This document shows, piece by piece, positions 9,860 to 19,293 of a stretch of 64,000 bases of DNA. The stretch is taken from positions 576,001 through 640,000 of the forward strand of contig CAVUZH010000003.1 of the NCBI GenBank assembly GCA_963745835.1. The letters run 5' to 3'. Within the stretch, counting starts at the first letter, position 1. Each line of letters begins with the position of its first letter. The stretch comes from an uncultured delta proteobacterium. Lineage in GTDB: Bacteria > Desulfobacterota > Binatia > UBA9968. The notes beneath the pieces were generated by a model. It worked only from the letters and a program-made list of their open reading frames with translations. It made no database searches and was not told where the DNA came from. A program made the translations under genes and the position numbers.

Positions 9860-10943
9860 CCTGATCAAAGACGGCGAGCGGCAGATGATGATCTGCAATG
9901 CCTGCCGCTACTGCGAGGGCTACTGCGCGGTTTTTCCGGCAATGGAGCAGCGCCGCATGTTCACAAAAGCCGATCTTGTGTACCTCGCGAACCTCTGCTT
10001 CGATTGTCGCGACTGCTATTACGCTTGCCAATACGCGCCGCCGCACGAATTCGGCGTCAATATCCCAAAGCTCATGGCTGAGCTGCGCACCGACACCTAC
10101 CGCGAGTATAGTTGGCCGGCGATTCTATCGGTTTTATTAAAGCGCAACGGATTAGCTGTGAGCCTGATCACCGGCGGCGCGACCCTTCTTATCTTCATCC
10201 TGGTTCTGCTGTTCATAGGACCTGATGTTTTGACGGCCACTCACCTGGGCGAGGGCAGCTTCTACCGGGTGGTGCCGTACGTTGCGATGACCATGCCCGC
10301 GGTTCTGATTGCGCTCTACGGTCTGGTAGTTTTTACCATGGGCGCGATTCGCTTTTGGCGCGAGACCGGCGCCGGCGTTTCCGACGTGATCAATTTTGCC
10401 GCCTTGTGGCGCGCTACCCGCGACGCATTCGGTCTCGCATACATGAAGGGCGGTGGTGCGGGATGTAATTATCCGAACGAGAACTTTTCGCATTCGCGGC
10501 GGCTGTTCCATCACATGGTGTTCTTCGGCTTCCTGTTGGATCTAGCCGCGACCAGCGTAGCGGCCTTTTATGATCATTTCTTGGGGTGGCAAGCACCGTA
10601 TCCTGTGCTGAGCTGGCCGGTCGTTCTGGGAACGTTAGGTGGCATCGGCTTGCTGATTGGCCCCGTCGGAATGCTGTATCTAAAATGGAAGAGCGATCGC
10701 GATCCATCGGACCGAAACATGGTGACCATGGACGTAGCTTTTCTGGTGTTGCTGTTTTTAACCAGTTTGACTGGAATGCTACTGCTGATTTTTCGCGATA
10801 CCTCGGCTATGGGAATGCTGCTGGTCGTTCATCTGGGAATGGTCGCCGGTTTTTTCCTCACCGCGCCTTACGGCAAGTTTGCCCACGTCGTCTACCGCTA
10901 CGCGGCGCTGGTTCGCTACTCCATCGAGCAGCAGCGAAACTAG
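9846..10943 (+). CDS. tcuB: Tricarballylate utilization 4Fe-4S membrane protein
   Basis: CNACRYCEGYC and CFDCRDCYYACQYAPPHEF clusters, TM helices, PYGKFAH; overlaps tcuA. Confidence 0.95.
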   Translation: MSVPDLIKDGERQMMICNACRYCEGYCAVFPAMEQRRMFTKADLVYLANLCFDCRDCYYACQYAPPHEFGVNIPKLMAELRTDTYREYSWPAILSVLLKRNGLAVSLITGGATLLIFILVLLFIGPDVLTATHLGEGSFYRVVPYVAMTMPAVLIALYGLVVFTMGAIRFWRETGAGVSDVINFAALWRATRDAFGLAYMKGGGAGCNYPNENFSHSRRLFHHMVFFGFLLDLAATSVAAFYDHFLGWQAPYPVLSWPVVLGTLGGIGLLIGPVGMLYLKWKSDRDPSDRNMVTMDVAFLVLLFLTSLTGMLLLIFRDTSAMGMLLVVHLGMVAGFFLTAPYGKFAHVVYRYAALVRYSIEQQRN

Positions 10944-11234
10944 GGGTGATTTAACCACTTTGCTTTTTACCAGCTCCTCCCTTCTGCCTCTCACGAAAGC
11001 GTGTGCAACCACAGTTCTGGCGCATGGTTGTTTGACGCTTTTGCCTGGAGCGATAATGAACCAGGTCGGTTGTTGGGAGTGAAGATTTTTCCATTCCGCA
11101 CCTGTCGAAATCGAAGGGCGCGCCGAACTGATACGGGTTTGCTAGAATTTGCTCGACAGCTAAGCGGCAATTTAGATATGTAGTATTAACTGAATTCACT
11201 ACATCCGCATCAAAATGGCAGCGGCTTTTGGGAG

Positions 11235-12293
11235 GTGACTATGCATCGCGCGGATAGAAGGAAGATTCGGTACACGCTGACCGCCCTCGCATTTAGCAAC
11301 GTGTTTCTCGCGGCGCCCGTGCTTTCACAGACGCCGTACTATGCCGGCAAGACGATTGCGATTATCCGCGGCGGAGGCCCAGGTGGTTCGGGTGAGTTTC
11401 AGTCGCGGGCTCTGATGCCGTATCTGCAGAAATATATTCCAGGAAATCCGACGATCGTGATGGAGTACATGCCGGGCGCGGGTGGAAGGAAGGCGGCGAA
11501 TTATTTCTATACCGCCAAACCCGATGGTCTAAAGATCGCGTCCGCCGGCGCGATGATTCCCGGGCCTATTTTAGGCCTGCCGGGCAGCAATTATGATATC
11601 GACAAATTTCCATACATAGGCTCTACTGAAACCGGCAACCCGTACATTCTATTTACCCGCAAAGCGGCGGGACTGGACACTCTCGAAAAAATGCGGCGCG
11701 CTCCGGCACTGCGCATGGGAGCTCACTCGGTGGGACACTCGGTATATGTGACCGCGCGTATGTTTGCTTATATGCTGGATTTAAAAGAGCCGAAGTTCGT
11801 CGTTGGTTTTACCGATCCTGAGATGGACGTCGCCATGCAGAACAACGAGCTCGACGCTCGAACCACGAGCAATACCGATAGCCTGCTGCGAAAAGACATA
11901 ATGGATAATATTCACGTCCACGCCACCATCAGCAATCCCAAAGGGAGAACCGATCCCCGCCTGCCTGGCCTGCCTGACGTCGACACATTCGCCAAGAACG
12001 ATAAAGAACGAAACGTCATAGAATTGTTCCGCGCCTTCCAAGTGCCGCGCTGGCCGCACCATCTATCGCCCGGAACTCCTCCGGAACTGGTCAAGATACT
12101 GCGGCAAGCGATGATCAAAACCTTCAACGATTCGGCATTCCAGCAGGAATTCAAGAAACTGATGGGACGAGAACCGACGCCGCTCACCGGAGAGGATGTT
12201 CAGAAGCTGGTAAAAGAGTTACCGCGCGACCCGGAAGTCATTGGGCTTTATAAAAAGTTAGCCGAGCATGAGCCGCTGCCGCCGCGCGGATAG
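11235..12293 (+). CDS. Tripartite tricarboxylate transporter receptor (Bug/TctC)
   Basis: YYAGKTI, KYIPGNPTIVMEYMPGAGG, AKPDGL, PGTPPE motifs. Confidence 0.85.
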   Translation: MTMHRADRRKIRYTLTALAFSNVFLAAPVLSQTPYYAGKTIAIIRGGGPGGSGEFQSRALMPYLQKYIPGNPTIVMEYMPGAGGRKAANYFYTAKPDGLKIASAGAMIPGPILGLPGSNYDIDKFPYIGSTETGNPYILFTRKAAGLDTLEKMRRAPALRMGAHSVGHSVYVTARMFAYMLDLKEPKFVVGFTDPEMDVAMQNNELDARTTSNTDSLLRKDIMDNIHVHATISNPKGRTDPRLPGLPDVDTFAKNDKERNVIELFRAFQVPRWPHHLSPGTPPELVKILRQAMIKTFNDSAFQQEFKKLMGREPTPLTGEDVQKLVKELPRDPEVIGLYKKLAEHEPLPPRG

Positions 12294-12373
12294 ATTTAAA
12301 ACATTTCATAATTCTCATCGAGGCCTGCTATGCGGCGCTCAGGCCAACTTTGAAACTGCGTACGGAGGGTCAT

Positions 12374-13402
12374 GTGAAGAAATTATTTGTATCGCTTTTG
12401 ATTGTGTTCGCTCCTCTTACCGAACTGCATGCCCAAGCGCCTTTCTATCAAGGCAAAACGATTACATTTATCGTTGGCTCCGGCTCAGGCACGGCATATG
12501 ACATCTATTCGCGGCTTCTCGCGGCTTATATCGGAAAGCATCTGCCCGGCAATCCGACTGTCATTGTCCAGAATATGCCTGCGGCAGGCGGATTGGTGGC
12601 CGCCAACTACGTTTACGGTGTAGCGAAGCCTGACGGCCTGACGTTGGTTTCCATCAACCCGGCGCACTACTTCAATCAACTTCAAGGCAACAAGGAAGTC
12701 AAATTCGACTGGCCAAAATTCGCCTGGATCGGCAGCATGGACAAATCGGAGCACATGCTCTACATGCGCAGCGATACGCCTTACAAAACCATGCAAGATG
12801 TCCGCAAGGCAGCGGAACCGCCGAAATGCGGCGCCACGGGAACAGGGACCAGTGGTCACTACATTCCACGGATGCTCGAAGAAACCCTAGGCACTAAGTT
12901 CACGATCGTCACTGGATATGCCGGCGGCAACGAGATTGATCTTGCGACCGAGCGCAATGAAGTCGTCTGCCGCTCATTTACTACTCAGGCCTATTTCCAG
13001 CGCGAGCCTTATCATACCTGGCGCAAGAAAAACTTTGTCCGGATACTTATGCAAACCGGCCGCACGCGCGATCCGCGATTGCCGGATACACCGCTGTTGA
13101 GCGAGTTGATGGACGAAGTCAAAACGCCGGAGCTGGGACGACGAGTCGCGACGGTCATGCTCGGTTCCGGGGAACTCGGCCGGCCGATGGTGACGTCGCC
13201 GGGCACGCCTCCGGATCGTAGTCAATTATTGCGCGATGCTTTTATGAAAAGCATGAGCGATTCGGCATTGCTCGAAGAAGCCAAGCAGAAAAAAATGGAT
13301 ATCACTCCCGTATCCGGAGACGAACTAGCAAAGATCGCTCACGAAGTCATTGATCAGCCGCAGGACGTCGTGGAGCGGATCCGTAAAATACTGGCGCAGT
13401 AG
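12374..13402 (+). CDS. Tripartite tricarboxylate transporter receptor (Bug/TctC)
   Basis: FYQGKTITFIVG, HLPGNPTVIVQNMPAAGG, AKPDGLT, GYAGGNEIDLA motifs; GGAGG RBS before GTG. Confidence 0.9.
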   Translation: MKKLFVSLLIVFAPLTELHAQAPFYQGKTITFIVGSGSGTAYDIYSRLLAAYIGKHLPGNPTVIVQNMPAAGGLVAANYVYGVAKPDGLTLVSINPAHYFNQLQGNKEVKFDWPKFAWIGSMDKSEHMLYMRSDTPYKTMQDVRKAAEPPKCGATGTGTSGHYIPRMLEETLGTKFTIVTGYAGGNEIDLATERNEVVCRSFTTQAYFQREPYHTWRKKNFVRILMQTGRTRDPRLPDTPLLSELMDEVKTPELGRRVATVMLGSGELGRPMVTSPGTPPDRSQLLRDAFMKSMSDSALLEEAKQKKMDITPVSGDELAKIAHEVIDQPQDVVERIRKILAQ

Positions 13403-13520
13403 CGACATGGCGGCGGCGAAGTTAGGTCACTCTAACTGGAATCGCCAGGATCATCTTAGCGAGACGTCAATCCGTTGCTATCTACGAACAGTCGGCCAAA
13501 ATTTTTAAAGGAGAACCGCG

Positions 13521-14648
13521 TTGAAAATAGCTGATATCGAAATTCTCGAGCTGCAAAATATTGCGGTGACTCCGCCGTTGTTCAAGCAGCCGGTGCGCAC
13601 GGCCGTGCGGTTGCTGAAAGTCAAAACCGACGACGGCCGGATCGGTCTCTCCCAACTCGGTGGGTTCATGCACTCGGCCACGGCGGCGTTTATCCGGCAG
13701 GATCTCTTGCCGTTTTTAAAGGGCAAGGATCCGCTGGAGAACGAGCGCTTGATGCATCAGATGCTCTGGAAATTCAACACGCGCGCCCATGCCGGGGTGT
13801 GGAATTTTGCCGCCAGCGCGATTGATGTCGCGCTCTGGGATATAAAAGGGAAGTTTTACAACGCTCCCGTCTGGCGTCTGTTGGGCGGCGCGCAAAAAGC
13901 CATTCCGTCCTATATCACCTTCGGATTGCGCGCTTATAGTCGCGACGAGCTCGCCGAGGCGGCCAAGCACTGGGTTGCCAACGGACAGAGCCGACTCAAG
14001 ATTCAAGTCGGCCGCTCGAATATTCGTGGCGAGATGGATCCATCCGGCGCCAGCGGCGAGCATCGCGAAGACAATCCGGCCGAAGATGAGTCTCGCATCA
14101 GAGCGGTGCGCGAAGCGGTAGGCGATGATGTTGAATTGATGGCCGATGCCAACTGTTTGATGAAATACGATGCCGCGGTGCGATGGTGCAAACGTTTCGA
14201 GCCTTATAATCTCATGTGGTTCGAAGAACCGATCATCCACAACGACCCACACTTATTAGCCGAGCTGCGCAAACAAACGTCAATTCCTATCGCAGCCGGT
14301 CAGTGGGACAATTTTTTCAAGCTTGCCGATCTGGTAAAGCAGAATTCTGTCGACTTCTTAAACATCCACGTGCTTTCCGTAGGTGGCTTTACCATGGGCA
14401 TGAAAGCGGCGGGACTGGCGCACGCGTTCAATTTGCCGGTTGGAAATGGCGATCATTTCGATATTCACCTGCACGCTGCTGTTCCCAACGGCTGGCGCGC
14501 CGAGATTCACGTAAATAATTGGCTGACGGCAAATGTCGTCTATAAGGACCTGCCGGCGCCAGTCAAAGGATGGATAACTCTGACGGAAAAGCCGGGGCTC
14601 GGACTGGAGCTTAATGATGACGCGATCAAAGAGTTCCAGGTTCGGTAA
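13521..14648 (+). CDS. Mandelate racemase/muconate lactonizing enzyme (enolase superfamily)
   Basis: SAIDVALWDIKGK, PVWRLLGG, LMADAN, WFEEP, PGLGLEL motifs. Confidence 0.92.
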   Translation: MKIADIEILELQNIAVTPPLFKQPVRTAVRLLKVKTDDGRIGLSQLGGFMHSATAAFIRQDLLPFLKGKDPLENERLMHQMLWKFNTRAHAGVWNFAASAIDVALWDIKGKFYNAPVWRLLGGAQKAIPSYITFGLRAYSRDELAEAAKHWVANGQSRLKIQVGRSNIRGEMDPSGASGEHREDNPAEDESRIRAVREAVGDDVELMADANCLMKYDAAVRWCKRFEPYNLMWFEEPIIHNDPHLLAELRKQTSIPIAAGQWDNFFKLADLVKQNSVDFLNIHVLSVGGFTMGMKAAGLAHAFNLPVGNGDHFDIHLHAAVPNGWRAEIHVNNWLTANVVYKDLPAPVKGWITLTEKPGLGLELNDDAIKEFQVR

Positions 14649-14920
14649 AGCGGGAGTTCGCGTGAAGTACGAGTTTTGGAGGGGTCATAAAGCAGCGGAT
14701 GATTATCGGTTTGCTTGTTTTGCTCACCTGTCCCTATTACCTCGGTTCTGTCGCCCTCCTGGGGAAGAATTAGAAGAGCTGATCAAGAAAGTGATGGAAG
14801 CCCAAAGAAGTCCTCGATTAGAGTTAAAAAGATGCTCAGTAACTGACTTGCGCCCTGAGCGCGCGGGAAGACTGCAAAGCTGTTGTTCACGAAACGTGCG
14901 TGAACACTGTCCATGAAACC

Positions 14921-16570
14921 TTAACTCCTGGCTTCTTTGTTCGCACGGTCCGTGGCCGGTTGTCGTGAAGAAACTCCGGCTGAAATGATTTCTTTTGCCT
15001 CTTGACGAGCCTGCTTCAGGGCGAGCCGTAGATTTTTCTGTTGTTCGAACCAAAACTTTGAAAAGGCTGCGCTCATCCGCTTATCAGTTATCTTCATCAG
15101 CAGGTAAGCCACGAGAAGACCGTCGGTTATCCAGGCTACCCGGATGATGTTACCTGAAAAGTTTTGTCCGACCGCATAGAGCGTGGCGAACGGTGAAGCT
15201 ACCAGATTGACTAGGAAGAGAGCTAGCCCCTTGGTGATTGACCATATGCCGATCCCCGAAGGGTCATCAAGCGCCCCGGAGGCGGCGATCAACGCGGCCA
15301 CGCAGGACAACAAGTAAATATAATAAGAGAGCCGGCCGACGCTGATGGTGCCGCGGACACAATTCAACAAGGAGCTTTGGGTGTTTGCGTGGGCAGATTT
15401 CAATACCATTTCTGCTGCGAGTGCCCGGGTCATCGCGGTCGCGTCTTCTTCCTGGTCACCGGTTGGCGTGATAACAATCCTCGCATCGGGTGGCAGATTT
15501 CCCGGACTGTAGTCCTCCGTTCCGTGCGCAATCCGTTCCATCACGCTAAGATGGATTGCCGGGGTCATTCCATTATCATGACAGAGCTGCCCGATATCGC
15601 GCGGTTTCCAGCGGTAGAAAACGCCTAAGCCGGCGCGGGGATCATAAAGCTTGTCGTCAACGTTGGCGTGATCTCGATAGTATTCGTACTCGTCAGGGAT
15701 AAATCGCAGCCCGGCATTTTGAGCCTTGGTCATCAACCAGTGCATTGCCGTCAGCGACAAGCCCTGCTTCGGATAACCTCCGCCAACATTGGAATGGGCG
15801 CCGGCAAACCACACCTGCTCGATCTTTTGCGATTTGCCCGGGCTGGATGCCCGTTGATCCCAGAGCAGCGGATGGAACGAATGCCGGTCATCGTCAACAG
15901 CCAACGCATGGTAGGCGTGGTCGACCTGCTCGCTTAACCTTTGATTGGGAAACTTGAATCGATAGATCACCGCATTGATGAAATCGCTAATGTGGAAAGG
16001 CATTCCGACCGCATCGACGGTGTCCCATACGCCGATGAAGTGAATCTTGGTTTGCTGCGGGTGGCAGTATTTGATTCTAAATTCGTCGGTCGCGGCAGCG
16101 CTAGCGTCGCCGCGCAGCAGTCGCATCAAAGCTGTTCGGTAACAACTGCGGTAAGCCTTGTAGGCTCTATTCACGCAACCGTCGAAAGCTTCCGCGGTAG
16201 GTTGCTTCTGTGCATCGATAATACCGCATCGGACGATGAGCCCCACGAGGCTACGGACCGTGAAAGCGCCGCGGCTAAAGCCGAACAAGAATATTTTATC
16301 GCCAGGATCATAGATACGGCATAGCTCCTTATACAGTTGTTTGACATTTCGGCTTAAACCCCACCCGGTTATTCCGGCAAAAATTTTGAGCGGTCTGAAA
16401 TCTTCCGTGCCGACGCCATCGTCGTAGATCGGCACCTGCGGATCCAGCTTCGGGTTAAGTCGGTGGCCATTGAGATCAATAGACTCAAAGATCTTGAATA
16501 CATTCGTGCCACGGTCCTTAACGGCAGAGTTTCCAGTTCCGTCCGAGCAGATCACAATGTTCTTCGCCAT
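14921..16570 (-). CDS. DUF2235 (Tle1-like alpha/beta hydrolase) with C-terminal TM segments
   Basis: KNIVICSDGTGN, FGFSRGAFTVR, GVWDTV, HALAVDD, QVWFAGAHSNVGGG motifs. Confidence 0.9.
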   Translation of the reverse strand: MAKNIVICSDGTGNSAVKDRGTNVFKIFESIDLNGHRLNPKLDPQVPIYDDGVGTEDFRPLKIFAGITGWGLSRNVKQLYKELCRIYDPGDKIFLFGFSRGAFTVRSLVGLIVRCGIIDAQKQPTAEAFDGCVNRAYKAYRSCYRTALMRLLRGDASAAATDEFRIKYCHPQQTKIHFIGVWDTVDAVGMPFHISDFINAVIYRFKFPNQRLSEQVDHAYHALAVDDDRHSFHPLLWDQRASSPGKSQKIEQVWFAGAHSNVGGGYPKQGLSLTAMHWLMTKAQNAGLRFIPDEYEYYRDHANVDDKLYDPRAGLGVFYRWKPRDIGQLCHDNGMTPAIHLSVMERIAHGTEDYSPGNLPPDARIVITPTGDQEEDATAMTRALAAEMVLKSAHANTQSSLLNCVRGTISVGRLSYYIYLLSCVAALIAASGALDDPSGIGIWSITKGLALFLVNLVASPFATLYAVGQNFSGNIIRVAWITDGLLVAYLLMKITDKRMSAAFSKFWFEQQKNLRLALKQARQEAKEIISAGVSSRQPATDRANKEARS

Positions 16571-16676
16571 CGGTTCTCCGTGGATAAAACCCGTGGTAGG
16601 CAAAATCTCGTGCGATGTACCAGCAGCTTCGGCCTCAAGAGTAATCGACTAGAGATAAGCGGGTCAAGAATATTTA

Positions 16677-16890
16677 GCCCTAATCCGACAATAGTTGAGC
16701 GCTTTCAGCAGTGAGCGAGGACGGCAAGACTGCAAGCCGTGGGCAGTCGAGCACGCAGTTGACTCTGAGGTCCCGACGTACCAAATATCACATTCAGGGG
16801 AATGCGGGGTGGCCTTTAAGGCACTGTCCCATTGCCCACGGCTGTAGGGCTCGCCGGCCTTGCGGAATTCAAATAATGTCGGATTAGGGT
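16677..16890. mobile_element. Non-autonomous MITE / internally deleted IS
   Basis: TAGCCCTAATCCGACAATAGTTGA and TCAAATAATGTCGGATTAGGGTTA match 21/24 as inverted repeats; TA on both flanks; no transposase ORF. Confidence 0.7.
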
Positions 16891-17129
16891 TAGTTGCCGG
16901 GGTGAGCGCAGTGTTGTGCGTCCGGCCTGAGAGGAGTCGTGTTAGGCGGAGCCGGAATGGTTTTATGCTGGAGTGAGAGGAGGGGAGACGGTACCCCCGA
17001 TGTAAGCTAAGAGGAGGTCTCTCTTTGATGCGGACACGTTTGTGTACTCAATTCAAAAGAATTTCTGGCACGATGTGTTGCTTCGCACCATGTCATATAT
17101 CCATGACCCATGACAGGCTGGATTTAACG

Positions 17130-17411
17130 TTAAAAAACCGAGTCTTTCTTGAGATGCTTTCGACTTACGTCACCACCCCTTTCGATTAATGTCGATGGAT
17201 GATCAGATCCGCGCTCGTCGATCCATTTTTTGGCGACTTGGAGCGCATAATCTTCAGCCTCTTTTCTTGTCGGAAACGTCTGGTTTATTTTTAAACTTTG
17301 GGAGAGACTAAGGGCTTTCGTACTGATTCGATATTCCGGTCTAAATCCGTCCGGGTTAAGATTGGCCCAGCTCGTGATTACAATATTATAAGATTTATAT
17401 TTTTGTTGCAT
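17130..17411 (-). CDS. Small hypothetical protein (..AKKWIDE family)
   Basis: GGAAGGA RBS; C-terminal F.T..EA......AKKWID pattern shared with 39252-39479. Confidence 0.6.
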   Translation of the reverse strand: MQQKYKSYNIVITSWANLNPDGFRPEYRISTKALSLSQSLKINQTFPTRKEAEDYALQVAKKWIDERGSDHPSTLIERGGDVSRKHLKKDSVF

Positions 17412-17602
17412 TTTCGTGTTCCTTCCCGATGAAGATCGTTTATGCCTTCAAGCTGCGGGAGGTATATACGTGGTTTGTTGAGGCGGGGCAAGGACTGTAA
17501 AAAGAGAGGCTGTCACAAACATCTTGTTATACCCAAGCAAAGAGTTTCGAATCGAAGGGGTTGGTGAGGTTATTTGAGCTTAAAAGCGTGGACAGCGTCG
17601 TC

Positions 17603-17645
17603 AAAACAAAAGCCGATTACCTGGAGAGGTAATCGGCTTGTTGTT
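17603..17645 (-). terminator. Intrinsic terminator after ABC permease (possibly bidirectional)
   Basis: 13-bp perfect stem AAGCCGATTACCT-GGAG-AGGTAATCGGCTT with U-rich tail on the minus strand. Confidence 0.85.
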
Positions 17646-17695
17646 GTGCGGTAATCTCTGAAGAACTTCTTCTTAAATGAGGAGCTAAATACTGA

Positions 17696-18547
17696 CTATG
17701 CTGCCGCCCCGACTTTCGGGCGCCACTTTTCGAAGCGAGCCTCCAACTTGGTTAGCAGTTCCATGGAGATCATGCCGGTGATGGCGAAGATCAGCACGCC
17801 GACAAAGACTTTGTCGGTCTGGAAAGTAGCTCCGGCCACGGTGATCATAAAGCCGATGCCGGCGGTAGCGGCATAAAGCTCTCCGACCATGACACCGATC
17901 AAGGCCCTGCCGACTCCGAGCCTCAAGCCGGTAAGAATAAATGGCAAGGTTGACGGTAACACGACACTTCTGAATATCTGCCATTCCGAAGCGCCGAAGC
18001 TCTTTGCGGCGGTAAGCAGGTTATATGGAGTGGTCTTTACCCCGTCACGCGCATTGATCAGGATCGGAAAAACCGCGCCGAGGAAAATGATCCCAACTTT
18101 TGAAAGTATGCCAATTCCAAGCCAGATAATGACTAACGGCAACAGGGCTACCCGCGGCGTGGCGTTCATGGCATTAATAAAAGGATCGAATATGTACGCC
18201 ATCTTTTTGTACCAACCGCAGGCAATCCCGAAGGGAACGCCTACCAACACGGAGAGCACGTATCCCCAGGCGAACTCGATGCCGCTTACTCGGAGATCGT
18301 TCCAGATCTCTCCCGACGCGAACAGTTGCACGGCGGCTTTCCAGATGAGCGAGGGCGCGCTCATGAACATGGGATTGATTAGCTGCAACGTGTTACCAAT
18401 CAATTCCCAGACAGTCAGGAATGTTACTACGGCGGCAGTCCCGAGAATTTTCTTCTCGTTGTTGAGGTAGAACTTATAAGCTCCGGAAGCCTCTGCGACG
18501 CGGACATCTAATAAAACCTCTTCTGCCGCGGGATTATGATCAGCCAT
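17696..18547 (-). CDS. NitT/TauT-type ABC transporter permease
   Basis: P.VALLPL.IIWLGIG, AAKSFGAS.WQIF..V.LP..LP.I.TGLRLG (EAA loop); AGGAGG RBS. Confidence 0.93.
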   Translation of the reverse strand: MADHNPAAEEVLLDVRVAEASGAYKFYLNNEKKILGTAAVVTFLTVWELIGNTLQLINPMFMSAPSLIWKAAVQLFASGEIWNDLRVSGIEFAWGYVLSVLVGVPFGIACGWYKKMAYIFDPFINAMNATPRVALLPLVIIWLGIGILSKVGIIFLGAVFPILINARDGVKTTPYNLLTAAKSFGASEWQIFRSVVLPSTLPFILTGLRLGVGRALIGVMVGELYAATAGIGFMITVAGATFQTDKVFVGVLIFAITGMISMELLTKLEARFEKWRPKVGAAA

Positions 18548-18571
18548 TGTTTTTTCCTCCTATCACGAAAT

Positions 18572-18655
18572 AAAAAAGCCAGCCTCTCCCCATCGGGTTA
18601 GAACTGGCCTGCCTTAACCGAGACACCCCATGAGGGCTCCCTTCAACTAGCCTGT
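18572..18655 (-). promoter_or_regulatory. Riboswitch-like attenuator 2 (candidate DUF1646/Na+-I aptamer plus terminator)
   Basis: Sense RNA GGCUAGUUGAAGGGA..CUCGGUUAAGGCAGGCC overlaps the left arm of terminator GCCAG...CUGGC-UUUUUU. Confidence 0.6.
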
Positions 18656-18666
18656 TTAAATCCAAT

Positions 18667-18762
18667 AAAAAAGCCGACGGGGGATGTGACCATCCCAAGT
18701 CGGCTTACGGCCCGACTGACTGCAATCCGTGTGCTGGAGCAGCCCCTCAGGTCATCAGCAAA
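18667..18762 (-). promoter_or_regulatory. Riboswitch-like attenuator 1 (candidate nhaA-I-like aptamer plus terminator)
   Basis: Sense RNA GAGGGG-CUGC..GCAG-UCAGUCGGGCCG followed by terminator GCCGAC..GUCGGC-UUUUUU; AGUCGG/CCGACU antiterminator pairing is possible. Confidence 0.45.
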
Positions 18763-18771
18763 ACTAGACAC

Positions 18772-18800
18772 ACGCTAATAACGAACCAGGTAAATGTCAA
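18772..18800 (-). promoter_or_regulatory. Sigma70-type promoter for the leader and permease
   Basis: TTGACA (overlapping the mpsC stop) - 17 nt - TAGCGT on the minus strand. Confidence 0.55.
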
Positions 18801-19174
18801 GCGGTTATTTTGCGCGGTAGATCCCTGCCCAGATTGGCGTCCAATATAAAGATGAACACACGCTCCCCCGACGTCGTATTGATGTCCGTAAGGATGTCGA
18901 GAACTTTGCCGCCGCTAACATCACTGATCATGGTTGAAAGTTGGGCCCGCGCGCTTTCAATCAAGGTGGAACGCATTTTTTTAATCAGTTCCACACCGTC
19001 GGCGCGTTTGGCTAGCTGTTGCTCTGCCGGTGTCAGCACGCCTTTGAGCCGGACCAGTATCAAATCTTCAATGATATGACTGCGAGCCTCTTTCGGACCA
19101 CGGCCCATGCAGTCGATTTCGAAACCGACCATGGCTTCACTGATCGCTGCCTCTATTTCGCCCTTCGTCTTCAT
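18797..19174 (-). CDS. DUF2294 / MpsC-family protein
   Basis: MKTKGEIEAAISEA..FE...MGRGP...VRLKGVLTPAEQQL...TDINTTSGERVFIF, typical of the family. Confidence 0.9.
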   Translation of the reverse strand: MKTKGEIEAAISEAMVGFEIDCMGRGPKEARSHIIEDLILVRLKGVLTPAEQQLAKRADGVELIKKMRSTLIESARAQLSTMISDVSGGKVLDILTDINTTSGERVFIFILDANLGRDLPRKITA

Positions 19175-19293
19175 CGGAGATGCGACCTCGTTCAAAAGCA
19201 TTGGCCTATAGCGCGCAACAATGTTGCGATGCGGAGCTAAACTTAGCCGTATACAGGTTGGCGAGTCAATCGGTCCGTGGACCTAGTGCCTAA

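Noticed and set aside
18750-18762. Fluoride riboswitch (GCTGATGAC on minus strand)
   Set aside because: The required upstream GGCGATGG..TCGCC part is absent and the motif lies at the very start of the leader.
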